In this document: in pieces, positions 24,430 through 64,000 of the stretch | How the letters are laid out: each line of letters opens with the position of its first letter | Numbering within the stretch: position 1 is the stretch's first letter | Origin: Tubiluchus corallicola | Taxonomy: Eukaryota > Animalia > Priapulida | Direction of reading: 5' to 3' | DNA: 64,000 bases | NCBI GenBank assembly: GCA_030141605.1 | Contig: JAQGDQ010000547.1 | Span: 1-64,000 of the forward strand | Position numbers and translations under genes: made by a program | The notes under the pieces: model-generated | Seen by the model: the letters and a program-made list of their open reading frames with translations, nothing else | What the model was told of the DNA's origin: nothing | Database searches by the model: none

Positions 24430-25100
24430 CTATAGGTTTTACATGTCAAATGTAGACCGATGTTAACTGAAATGTAGATTTGGTAATTCAAATGTGTCTT
24501 GGTAAGTCAAATGTAGACACATGTCAAGTCAAATGTGACATTGGGATCTCAAATGTTTATAGGTGGTAAAGTTTAAGGATGTTAAATTTAATCTTCTTTA
24601 ATTTCAATTTATTAATTGCTCTTAAGTTAAAATAACAACGTTATAGGTTCACTAATATTCTGTAAACTTTACATACCATTGGAACTGTTAGAGAAAACAA
24701 TACATTCTTAAAATAAACAATGTTTCTTGAGAGAAACTAATTCATTAATGCCGTGCTAATGCACTGCCTAAAAAACTAATTAGTGATTCACTGTTCATTG
24801 GGAAGTGATGCTGCCGATAGCACCATGACCATAAAATATAATTTTAATTTCGTTTTATCTTTTCCTAATTTGCACTTAAATGAGTTAATTACCGATTTAT
24901 TCAAAGTAATGCATCTACATTTGACTTACCTAAGTCATATTTGAGTTACCAAAACACATTCGAAATTTCTGTCTACATTTGACTTACCTAAGTCACATTT
25001 GAGATACCAAAACACATTCGAAATTCCTATGTCTACATTTGACTTACCTAAGTCACATTTGAACTTTCCTGTGTCTACATTTGACGTGTAAAACCTATAG
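24430..25100. mobile_element. MITE with 28-bp TIRs and subterminal tandem subrepeats
   Basis: ctataggttttacatgtcaaatgtagac ... gtctacatttgacgtgtaaaacctatag (1 mismatch); repeated ctacatttgacttacctaagtca. Confidence 0.75.
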
Positions 25101-25976
25101 TAGTAGCTAACTATACAGTCATCATAAATGCAAATTATTAAATGTAATTATGTGACTCTGATTTATCGTCACTAAAATAAGTGAGTACTCTGCAGATATG
25201 TTGGTCTCTTCTTCCCTTGAAAATTTAAAATTCCTGTTTTGCAACCGGTAATTAAGCGCATCTGTTGCAGGTTTTGTTGTATTGTAGCAGAGCCATAATA
25301 AATATGTGTGCCCAGCAGTTGAACAAGTTTCTTCTTTTTGGTTAGACATTTTTGGTAAATTGTCACACCTACTTCACTTGATTTTTGAAAGCCTGGATGC
25401 CTTCTTAGCCTTGGGCTATTTGTGGGTGTAAAAGTGGAAACTTCACGGTTGCGGGCGCTGGTAATTTGTGGCCAACGTGGAAATGACAACATTGCTGATT
25501 GTCAGTTATCTATGAGACAGACTTTTGTCGCAAACATTCGTAGCTCCCAGTCATGGCCTAGCCGTAGTGCAATTATCTAGGTATTGCTTGCTCATTGTAT
25601 TCTACATTTCATTTGTTACTTAGTAGTGAATGTTTGGTCATGTGCTAGTCAAATTTATTTTAACCTTTTGCATAGATTTCATTAATGTACTCAGCTTCCT
25701 GGAGAACAAGAAAAATAAGGTCGTTATTTACGTCACTGTCTTTGTTTACTGCTTGAATCTGGTTTATTAGTTTGTTTCAGTTTCGTGTTGAAATCCTTGA
25801 GAGCTTCTGAATGATTATAAATTATTTTCCATGTTATTATCAGGAGGCTGCGTTGAACTGTTCAACACAGTTTTCCTGTCTGCGTATAACAGATTGCTGC
25901 ATTTTCCAAAGTTGGCTCTGTAACAAAATGATTAAATTAATTCAATGCCCGTTAACTTTGAATTAGGCATTTCACA

Positions 25977-26262
25977 TTTTTTTAGATTTAATATTTTATT
26001 TCAAACTTTACAAAGTTCATATATACATCGCAAATTAATACATTATTAATAGTCATGACACACAACAATAACACAAATAACAATTAACGATATAACAAAC
26101 TACGCCAATGACGTCTAATTACAGAAGTAAAGTTTGCATCACTGTTTAAAATGTTCTTGAATATAAAATTTTCACTCTTATTCAGCCTGACGTATAAACT
26201 GTATGCACATTTTCTGTGAATCACATCAAAATAAATAATATTAAGTCTAGTAGAAATATATC
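25977..26262 (-). mobile_element. 5'-truncated LINE 3' end (RTEX-like), inverted copy
   Basis: Reverse complement of about 32835-33122. Confidence 0.75.
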
Positions 26263-27896
26263 TCGTGCAATATATCTAGCAGCTCCTTCTCAGCTGCAAT
26301 GAAATGTAAAAATAATTATGACGAATTTTAACTGCTATTGAGAAAATAAAATTGAATTGAATCGAATCGTATCATATAAAAAGTTAAACAGCTTCCGTGT
26401 TGATACATTATATACAACCTTGAGTTTGCTAAGATTGTAAGAATAAAAATGTCTCCAAGTGGACATACAATAATAAATAGTGCAGTAAGCATTAAACATT
26501 TAACTGAACAGTGAGTAAATTTCATGAGATATGAACCACATGTTCCAGAAGTTACCCACAGTCAATTAAATGTACTTCATGTGGGCTAGAATGTGTGTTC
26601 TGCCATTTGAATTTGGAAAAACTTTGCATGCAATGTGCACATAAAGATGTTTCACATTTGTCGTTTTACCGTTTCGTGCAATTTACCTCCTCGTTAACAA
26701 TTCACAGGCGCAATAAAATTGTAGAACTAGACATGCAAGGTATTAGAGAATGCCAAACATTCAAATGCAAGTCGTATTTGCATGAAAATCTGTACTTTAT
26801 CATTCAGAAATCTGCTAAGTTTTATGTACATTCTCATTTTTACTCATTAATGGTTATTCAGTTTGATTATTATCATTTGCCATGATATTTACTGCACAGG
26901 CCGTGTGGCCAAACAACATATATATTCATTTTTGGCAGATGTTTTGATTCGATGGCTCGACTTATTCAACCCTTATTCTCAGTCGCACCTGTCTGTTTGT
27001 GCTTATTATTTCTCAGAAACCACCAGCCAAAATTAAGTAAAAAATTTGGTTGCCGTGGCGACGATGGTTGAATAACAATGCCCCCAAAAAACTTGTAAAA
27101 TTGGCACTTTTCTACTTTCAAAATCTGTCTCCTGCAAAGCAGTTGAAGTCTGAAAGTTGTCCGAGCCAAATTTCTGTCTGTCTGTCTGTTTTTGTGTTTC
27201 CGCACTATTTCTCTGAAACCACTGATCCAGTTACAACCAAACTTGCACAGCAGGGCTCAAGTTTTGCAGTAAAAAATTGGTTACCATGGTGACCTCAGTT
27301 TTCTATCTGCTTCAAAGCCGCAGAGATGATGAAGATGAATCTCGGTACTGACGTGTATAGGATAATTATCTAAAAGATGTTGAAGCCACCAAAGTTTTGA
27401 ATTTTATAATTATGACCGCCATTATGATGTCATCATTACTTTCGTGCTGAACTGAGTTGCCTTTCCCGTCAAATCTCTACCAGCCCGACTGCTTGTTTGT
27501 TCAGAATTCTGCTGCGTACTTCTACAAACACACGTAAAAATTGGATTCTGTGTGCATGGTATTTATTGTTGGTAAACTGGTTACCACGCTTCCACTGAAA
27601 TGCAAAATAAAATGTATGACATCCGTCCCATTAGTTCTACTTGTTTTAATAAAGTGTTGAAAAGTGAGTTGTTTTTGGTGTGCATTGCAACAATTTTTTT
27701 ACTTGTTCATATTTCCAGCTCCTTGCAAAACAAATGCCTATTGAAATCTGAAGCTTGGGTTTATTTGTTTTGCAGTGTGGTGCATTCGATCGCCGTACTG
27801 GTATTGCTGGCTTGCAACACTGCACTCTGCTGCAGGTGACAATTAGCTTTGTGCCAAAATTTCTGTAGTTGCCATTTTTTAAACTTGGTTAGAATA

Positions 27897-28310
27897 ATGG
27901 AAAAGTATCTTGGCAAATGGACCCAGTCTAAGGCTGAGAACCTAGATGAGTTCCTGGCAGCGAAGGGAATGCCGTGGCTAGTGCGTAAGATTGTTGCTAG
28001 TGCTTCCCTTCACATGGAGATTTCAGAAAAAGAGGGGGAATATCGGATGTATCAGTGGACAGCCATGAAGAACATGATGGACATAACATTTAAGCTGGAC
28101 ACAGAACAGGAGTTTACAAGGATGGACGGGAAAAAAGGGAAGACCAAGTTTTTCATTGATGAGAATGGACGGTTGGTTCAGCAGATGATTATGCCGGATG
28201 AGGAGACTGATGATGTTCTGAGAGAGGTGAACGAGGAAGGGGAGATAGTGCAAACGATGAAAGCTGGTTCCATTTTATGCAAAAGATGGTTTAAGAAGGA
28301 CGCAAATTGA
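27897..28310 (+). CDS. Fatty-acid-binding protein (iLBP/FABP family) paralogue, 137 aa, intronless CDS
   Basis: Likely start is MEKYLGKW (ATG 27897, not ORF-track 27849); roughly 60% identical by eye to 22365-22772; acceptor AG at 27891-2; AATAAA at 28417. Confidence 0.92.
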   Translation: MEKYLGKWTQSKAENLDEFLAAKGMPWLVRKIVASASLHMEISEKEGEYRMYQWTAMKNMMDITFKLDTEQEFTRMDGKKGKTKFFIDENGRLVQQMIMPDEETDDVLREVNEEGEIVQTMKAGSILCKRWFKKDAN

Positions 28311-30097
28311 AGTGATCGATTAAATGATTCCATAATATATTGCTGCAGGTAGTAGGTTAAAATGATATAAGTACAATGATTGATATAAAAAATGATACTT
28401 TTCAGTTGTAATCATGAATAAATGTAAGAATTAGTTGTTATGTGAAGCTTAGCGTGGAACTTTGTTTACCTATTTTAAGCTGCTAGTGCTTCGATTATAT
28501 TTTGTGATGTGTATGCTATTGTTGAAATTTATATACTGTAATTTAGTTATATTAATTGACCATTATAATGTGCCGGTTAGTAATTCTATTTAACCCAGTA
28601 CAGTTACTTCTGGTATATAGAGTTTTGTAAATTTCGTCTTGTCTTAAAAACAGGAAAATTCTTTGGAGAGCTATTCAAAACACTCATGTAACTGCTGATC
28701 TTGTTTACACATTTCTCCTGTCTGTTATTACTAATCAACAACAAGGAAGCCTTGGTATAATAATTTATAAACTAAAATTTGTTTGTTGTTGGTAGCAGTT
28801 AAAGTGTTACACCATTAATTGGCAGCATTAGCTTTTGTAAGTGTGATTACTGAACAAGGCTGATTTAGAATTGGTGTTCAGAATAGCTGTGAAAGAACTT
28901 TTGACGTTAAAATGACTTTAGTTTAGGTTATTTATAGAAATTTTTTTCCAGTCAAAAATTTGGTGGGAACAATTCTGTGATTTTGCCTGATTTTTCATTT
29001 GTTGAAGTAGCTATAGCATATTTCAGTAAATACATGAGATGCTAAAAATAAATAAAAAAGGACATTCGTCAATTGTTTTGTGTAATTTATCAACGATTGT
29101 GTAATAAAATATGATTAAATTTTTGTAAAGTTCGTCGTGTACGTTTTGATGTGATAATCATTCTGCAGTCAAGCTTACACTATCTGTGCATCATCTTACA
29201 TGCTGGTAATCCTATTTAGGGAATAAGCTGGCTACAAGTTAAAAATTAAGCTGTGAGTTCATATTTCAGGTTCTGATTTTGTGTTTGTGTGTTGACTTGA
29301 ACAAAGTGTTGCATAAGAAAAGGAAAGATTTGCGGCACACACATTTATTTACTAGTGTTGTAGCATAGTTTGTACTTGTGTATGCTTGAATGCTTACAAT
29401 GGAGTTCAGGTTGGTTAACAGAACAAGTCTCGTAATTATAGTCTGGTGGCTAATTCTAGTCAATATGATTTGAGTTCATGGATTTAAGGTATCTTTGTCT
29501 TTATGTCATGATTGAGAGAAACAATTTTTATTGGGAAAATATTGTTGCCCGCAGCCCATATGTCAAAAGCAAACTGATGTTGCAAATTATTTCACAAACA
29601 CTTAATAATTGGGCAAATAACTCGCGTTGTAAGACTTAATCGCTTAACTCGTTCAACACTGTTTGCTTAAGTTTATTTATTGCCAACCCATAAAGCAAAT
29701 AACAAGCAGAAAATTACAAACAACAAAACCGAATGGCGCAAATAATAAATAAAGTCAAGTGCTAAATATATTGGGTACAGATATATAATATGTACCCTCG
29801 TATTGTGTACATAATGACAAGAGTTTTGACATTTTCAAATAGGGCCCATATGTATTTACACGCCTTTGAAAAACCTCTTTATGGTACTTGAAGTTCTTTG
29901 GCAAACCGGATGTTGCATAACTCCGTTATTTGACTTCACTGTGTATTGGCGTCGACGTGCTGCGTTGAAGTGTTGGCGCATGTCTATGGTTACGCTAAAA
30001 CCCTGGCACTGGGGAAGATTTCATGCATTGTAAAGTAATCTTAGTTTAATTCTCGTAGAATTTTATTTGCTGAATGCGGCAATATTATCTGTGCGTG

Positions 30098-30363
30098 TGA
30101 CGTCATCAGCAGTGGTATATCTACCGTGACTGCAGTTCACGCATGCAGCACCTGTTCTCCAATACTACTGTGAACAGAGTGAACTTCAGTGCAGTGCTCC
30201 TGGATTGAGAAAGTCTAGAGCTCTCTTTACTCGATTTGTCTTGCTTTTGCTTTATACAAGTTAGTATTTTTATAATTAAATTATTCAGTTTTTTATACAG
30301 GAAGTTCTGTGCAACGGGCTCCATAGGAATTGGTTGTGAGTGTTCCTGTTTTGTATGACGTCA
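30098..30363 (+). promoter_or_regulatory. Candidate distal ALAS promoter and non-coding exon with two perfect CRE palindromes
   Basis: TGACGTCA at 30098-30105 and 30356-30363; locally CpG-richer; donor caa|gttagt at 30259/60 (same donor sequence as a real pyrophosphatase exon). Confidence 0.45.
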
Positions 30364-30844
30364 TTGTCGTGTATTGGAATGTATGTAGTCGGGCAAAACT
30401 TCAGTGAAATTCTTCAAAAAATTTGTACTAGCTGTTGTATATATGTAGCGTCTAAATGCTGTGATTAACTGTAAAAATATTCAGCGTTAAAGACTTAGTG
30501 TTTTTCTACAGTGCAGCTAACGTTAAATTTCGAATTTGTTTTTAAGTCAATAAATAGCTAACAACGTGGTACAGCACCACCGATATTTATATTTAATGAT
30601 CATGACCTCTACTTAAAATATGACGTAATTAAGTAAAAGACCCCATTTGAAAATAACATAAACTTCACTTTAACTTTTAACCATTAATGCCGTCATTAAC
30701 TTTTCTTTTTACAGTTTTTGGCCTAGCTACAGTTTCCATGTGTAAATTAGGGGGTTTAAAATTTTATCTGAAACAAGATTTGTTGAATGTTCAATGCCGT
30801 GGATACAATATTATTGTACATGTACAGCATAATTTCTTCATTCA

Positions 30845-31010
30845 GGCGGCGTTTACCAGACATCCGGAATGCATTATTACGTTTCCAGCTGCCTATAAAA
30901 AATCGATAGGATTAGTTGCAGAAAAAATAACTCAGTTTTGCTAAACGGGTGGAAAACAAGATAGGGATTTTTAGGCAATAACGCATTCCGGATGTCTGGT
31001 AAACGCTGCT
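30845..31010. mobile_element. Small Harbinger/PIF-like MITE
   Basis: About 33-bp TIRs gcggcgtttaccagacatccggaatgcattatt / aataacgcattccggatgtctggtaaacgctgc. Confidence 0.65.
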
Positions 31011-31102
31011 TTACGTTTCAAGAATATACGTTTACATCCCTAGCAGAAATGGATTAACTTTAGACACTGTTACCAATTTAATAATATGATATTTAAATAC
31101 TT

Positions 31103-31790
31103 CAATCAATCAATCAATCAATTTATTTCACTCCAGCAACGCATATACAATACATCAACATACAATGTTATTGAAAAAAAAGAAACAGTATAGGTAAGAA
31201 AACGTTGATGAAGTCAAATTAACCAAATAAAAGAGTTGCTGTATGACATCTTGAAAGCTTGGCTTGTTAGGGTGGCAGAAATGAGTGAATGAAAGAATGG
31301 TTAGTGTTAGTAGACATGATGGAATGGAAAAAAAATAGAAAGATTATGGATAGGAAGAAGGAAAAGAGGAGAAGAAACGACCACAGTGTATGTTTAATTT
31401 ACATAGAGGTATATTAAAATAGCATTATAATTGATTATAGGCCATATATTGCGACTGCATGAGACATGGAAGCATTAAAATTGTATTATAAGTATGAATC
31501 AAAAATGGTCCTTTTCAAGTACTTTTTGAAACTATAAATAGTTTTGTGTATTTTTACTTGGGCACTTATTTTATTCCAGTTGTCGGGGGCTGTGAATTTA
31601 ATAAAGTGCCTGGCACTATTAGTACAACAGTAAGGGACATGATATTCATTGAACGTTGTAAAGTAATGTTTAGGATTTGCTGTAATGGAATTTGCAAAGG
31701 AAGTGGGAAACAGGTTGTAGTATGTCTTGTACATATAAATAGACAAGTGATATATAACCAAGTCTTCGAGAATTATTATACCACATTCAT
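31103..31790 (-). mobile_element. CR1/L2-group LINE 3' fragment with (ATTG)n tail
   Basis: ORF 31486-31761(-) ends in I.F.AP..WN.I.......SFKK.LK, typical of LINE ORF2 C-termini; (caat)n tail with polyA signal on minus strand. Confidence 0.65.
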
Positions 31791-32555
31791 TAAATAAGGG
31801 TACTTCCGGTGTACGACATCTTTTACTAGATTTACAACAATTTTTTTGGAAATTGTGTGCTTATACTGTACCCTTACCTATTTTTAACAATACCTAAAGC
31901 ATAAAGTGAGAGTGCGTTAGTTGGAAATATGCATATAGTATAAACACGTTGAACTGCTGCTGATGCTGCTTCACTGATTAGTTTTAAGAGTCTGAGATAA
32001 AATAACAGACAAGTAAGTAGGTCAGTATTTCGTGCGAGCATGCCCATTTGCTGCGGGGATGGGATGTGTGAGGGAGGGGGAGTAACGCATAGTTTCTACG
32101 TCTTTATAATTTTGTTTAATCTGCGCCGACGCTTACCATTATTTATCTGTTAACGTGAATGTTCTTAGTTAATAATATCGCCTATAATTATTTTTCTGTA
32201 GAAAGCATTTGTTACTGAACTTAGTCAACTTACCCGTCCTAGTAATCGGGTCAAAAACGCTATGTAGTTTGTCATTCAGACTGTTCATAGGCATGGCATT
32301 GACTATTCGTGATTTAAATACTCTATCCTCGTTGCTGATCCGTTATATCAACCAGTTAAAAAAACAATGTACATAAACCTAGAAACCATAACCACATTAA
32401 CCAACATACAACATGCTTTTGAAGAAGTGGGATAGGGTAACAACTGTATTTTAAGTCTTCGTGTCAATGATTAAAGCTATCTGTCTTTTATGTCAGTAAC
32501 AACTGTACGTATTTTAGGAGTTTTCATACTAGCGAATAGGCGATCAGTATTAAGT

Positions 32556-33122
32556 AAGTAATCATTATCTGGGTCATATTTTATCAGAAGACAACAGAGA
32601 TGATTTAGATATATTACGACAATGTTCAATTTACTATGGTAGAGCAAATAAATTACTGATTAAATTTACTCAGTGTTCAGTTAACGTGAAGAGACAATTG
32701 TTTAATGCTTACTGCACTACTTTTTATTGTATGTCCACTTGGAGACATTTTTATTCTTACAATCTTAGCAAACTCAAGGTTGCATATAATGTATCAACAC
32801 GGAAGCTGTTTAACTTTTTATATGATACGAGCGCAAGATATATTTCTACTAGGCTTAATATTATTTATTTTGATGTGATTCACAGAAAATGCGCATACAG
32901 TTTATACGTCAGGCTGAATAAGAGTGAAAATTTTATATGCAAGAACATTTTAAACAGTGATGTAAACTTTACTTCTGTAATTAGACATCATTGGCGTAGT
33001 TTGATATATCGTTAATTGTTATTTGTGTTATTGTTGTGTTTCATGATTTATTGTATTATTTGTATTAATTTGTGATGTGTATATGAACTTTGTAAAGTTT
33101 GAAATAAAATATTACATCTAAA
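32556..33122 (+). mobile_element. LINE (RTEX-like) ORF2 C-terminal fragment and 3' UTR
   Basis: YLGHILSED..DD.DI.RQ....YGRANKL..KF..CS..VK.QLF.AYC..FY...W post-RT region; three copies in the window. Confidence 0.75.
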
Positions 33123-33429
33123 AAATTAGTTTTGCTTGTATTTTAATGTAGTGCTGTGAAGTAACTGCAAATGCTCTCTTGTTGCTGCAGCCTATATTCA
33201 GTAGAGCCTCTACTTGAACTTTTCTCTGCACTAGCAGGCACTTGAGATAGGCATATTACATAATAGGATTTACATCTTAGAGATGGTTATATAAATACTT
33301 CATATATCATTAGTCAACTCTCTTATTAGGCAGAGCAAATTTACTTCGGATGTTCATTACCTGTTGGCTGATTAGCAATGCACCTGTTCATGGTGACTGT
33401 CGTCACGTAGCGACATTGATTAACTAGCG

Positions 33430-33512
33430 CCTTATCTTTTATGACTTGCATATAAATGGCTTCCTGTGGATGCTGTTTCTATAGCAACGATTAGTTTATC
33501 CTTGTTAGACAG
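33430..33512 (+). promoter_or_regulatory. Candidate proximal ALAS promoter and short non-coding exon (GATA + TATA + ETS)
   Basis: TTATCT 33432-7, TATAAA 33451-6, TTCCTG 33461-6, donor acag|gtagat 33512/3. Confidence 0.3.
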
Positions 33513-34275
33513 GTAGATAGAAGAGTTCCCAGGTGACGAAACCTTAATGCTGGATATCGTTGATTACAATAATGGTCTATGTGTCAGGATCATTCATTAA
33601 TTTGCTTTAAGACTTAGTCATGTTAACTTAATTAAAGTAATATGATGACTTCCTTTGATGGACACGTATGCAAACATGTATAAGAGCTTCATTAAGTAGC
33701 AGAAGTATAGAAGTATTAACTTTTCATAATTACACTGTAATTAACAAATATGCATTAGCTGATCAATATGAAAATGTTTCTGAGTTATAAACCTAAAAGT
33801 TTATAACTAAACCTAATATCATTAGTCAAAGTAGTTAGAAATATGTGTACAACAGGCAAGGGTATCATCTGCAACTTTTTCAAGGGGGCAAAGGGATATA
33901 CTCCTACTACCGTTTGACCGCTTGACCCCCGTGCCTGGCCTCTTAAGCCAGAGTGACAATAACTTATGTCGGATAATTTACCGTTCTAAGTTATGTAGAG
34001 AATAGAAATTTTCGAGTTTCGACACCCCTTATGGAATTAATTACACAGTTCCAACTTCCAAAACCCTTTGCCCTGGGCTAGAAGGCCTGACTCACAGGGG
34101 TTCAATGGACCTATTTGCCCCCCCCCCCAGGGGACGTCCATAGCAACAGGTCTTGTAAGATCTGCGCATTTCTATTAGGCTTCGTATAAAGCTGTTATGG
34201 TAGAGTTTTAGGTTTAGTTACGTCTATCTTCATATTATTCTGATATGTTTTTTCTTTGTAACAGATTAAACGACA

Positions 34276-62711
<28,436 letters not shown>

Positions 62712-64000
62712 GACCACAAAGACGTACCTGATCACGACAACTTCGGGTTTGAGGTTTGCGAATGCGGAAGCTGTCGGTGTTTACAACTTTTTACGAAATT
62801 CTTTCATAAACTTCTTTTGGTAATTGGAAACTTTCTGTATTTCGGCAATACACGTATAGATATGCAGTGCAGTTTAAAGGAAAAATCAACATGTTTCTTG
62901 GCAACAATAACGAGTATTACTGGGCAGCCTGTCAATGTCCTATAACTGATAGTCACTCTCATAAAGCCACAGTTTCATGCATAACTTTCACGTTTCCTAA
63001 AATATGATGTTACAATTTCTGCATAAAAATGTAATTGGAATTTAGCTAATCTTTACTACCAAAATTTTTTATTGTTGCACTTGTACGAGCTTGATTGGCT
63101 GTTTTGGCTTGTATCCTGACTGCATGTCTCTTCGTGTGTCTCATTTTGTAAAACTGACTCGAAATTATAAGCTTGTATTTTCATATCATTGCCTATGGGT
63201 TCTTCTATAATTGTTCATTGTTTTTGTTTTGCTTAACGTTGTTATTTGTAATTCTGCGCCTTCCTGAATAAAAAAAAACCTGCACGCGATTTTTGAGCTA
63301 CATATCTTTGGCAAATCTTTTTTGTAAACTAAGAACATGCTTTGGATCCAAAAAAAATTTGAACAAGTGTATCAAAGCAATGTTTAAAATTTTGTTTAGT
63401 AATATGTGCATGTGGCAACAGAAAAGCTTGGCTCTAATGTTCAGAGATTAAAAAACATGTGCAATAAGCAATGTTGCTGCAGTTTTCACAAGAAATCACT
63501 AAAATTTTGTACTGAAATTTTTTGTCTTTAGAATTTGCTAATTCAACAGTGCACATGTTTCGGAAAGTAGCATTTTTATGTAAATTGTCTCACTTTGTAA
63601 ATCTTTGGAATATTGTTCTTGTTATTTTCTTACATCTGTCCAGCACTAATGAATAGTTGTTGTAATAGGGACCAAATAATACTGTAACATTACAATTACA
63701 ATAGTTATTGTAATATATTGTTATAATATTGCAGTATATTGTAATAGTCTGAAGCCGTAGGTGATATTAGTACGCTGTCTTTTGTTTTTTTATATTTTAA
63801 GGCCAGGAAATGCAAACCATTCAGCTATGATTTGTGCTACAGATGACATTGACTTGACGCTTTGTCTGTAGAATATTTGTGATTAAGAACCAACGTGTTT
63901 GTAGTACCTTAAATTTCTGACAATTTCAGTATGAGACTTTTTTATTCCGTTTTTCTGTAGTTGATGTTTATTTTTGTAATGCAAAGACTGAATGCATCCA

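Noticed and set aside
27849-27896. 16-aa N-terminal extension of FABP-2 in the ORF track
   Set aside because: Non-ATG start within the intron pyrimidine tract; the paralogue alignment puts the start at 27897.
32686-33015. 109-aa ORF as a host gene
   Set aside because: It is the C-terminus of a LINE ORF2, present in three truncated copies in the window.

Overview
AT-rich, intron-rich animal genomic DNA, probably a marine invertebrate (taxon cannot be fixed from this window). It is not prokaryotic and has no CRISPR array. Genes, all built by hand from GT-AG boundaries and reading phase: (1) the last six exons of a family-I soluble inorganic pyrophosphatase on + (1835-12427; 5' exons lie before the window); (2) two tandem paralogous fatty-acid-binding proteins with intronless coding regions on + (22365-22772, 27897-28310); (3) a complete 5-aminolevulinate synthase on + (ATG 34276 to TGA 62711; 12 coding exons, 584 aa, plus a candidate 81-nt cassette exon and two candidate non-coding first exons); (4) a secreted C-type lectin nested antisense in an ALAS intron (52327-52920). 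Introns and spacers hold many non-autonomous transposons (hAT-, Tc1/pogo-, piggyBac-, Harbinger- and Helitron-like), LINE 3' fragments, four minisatellites (51, 27, 69 and 40 bp units) and microsatellites. The most notable items are a full-length 5S-rRNA-headed SINE with an 11-bp TSD and an RTE-like body, an older 5S-derived SINE family, a MITE family with 6-bp TSDs, and several unusual features of the ALAS gene. Comparisons with other species and TE families are from memory and were not searched.
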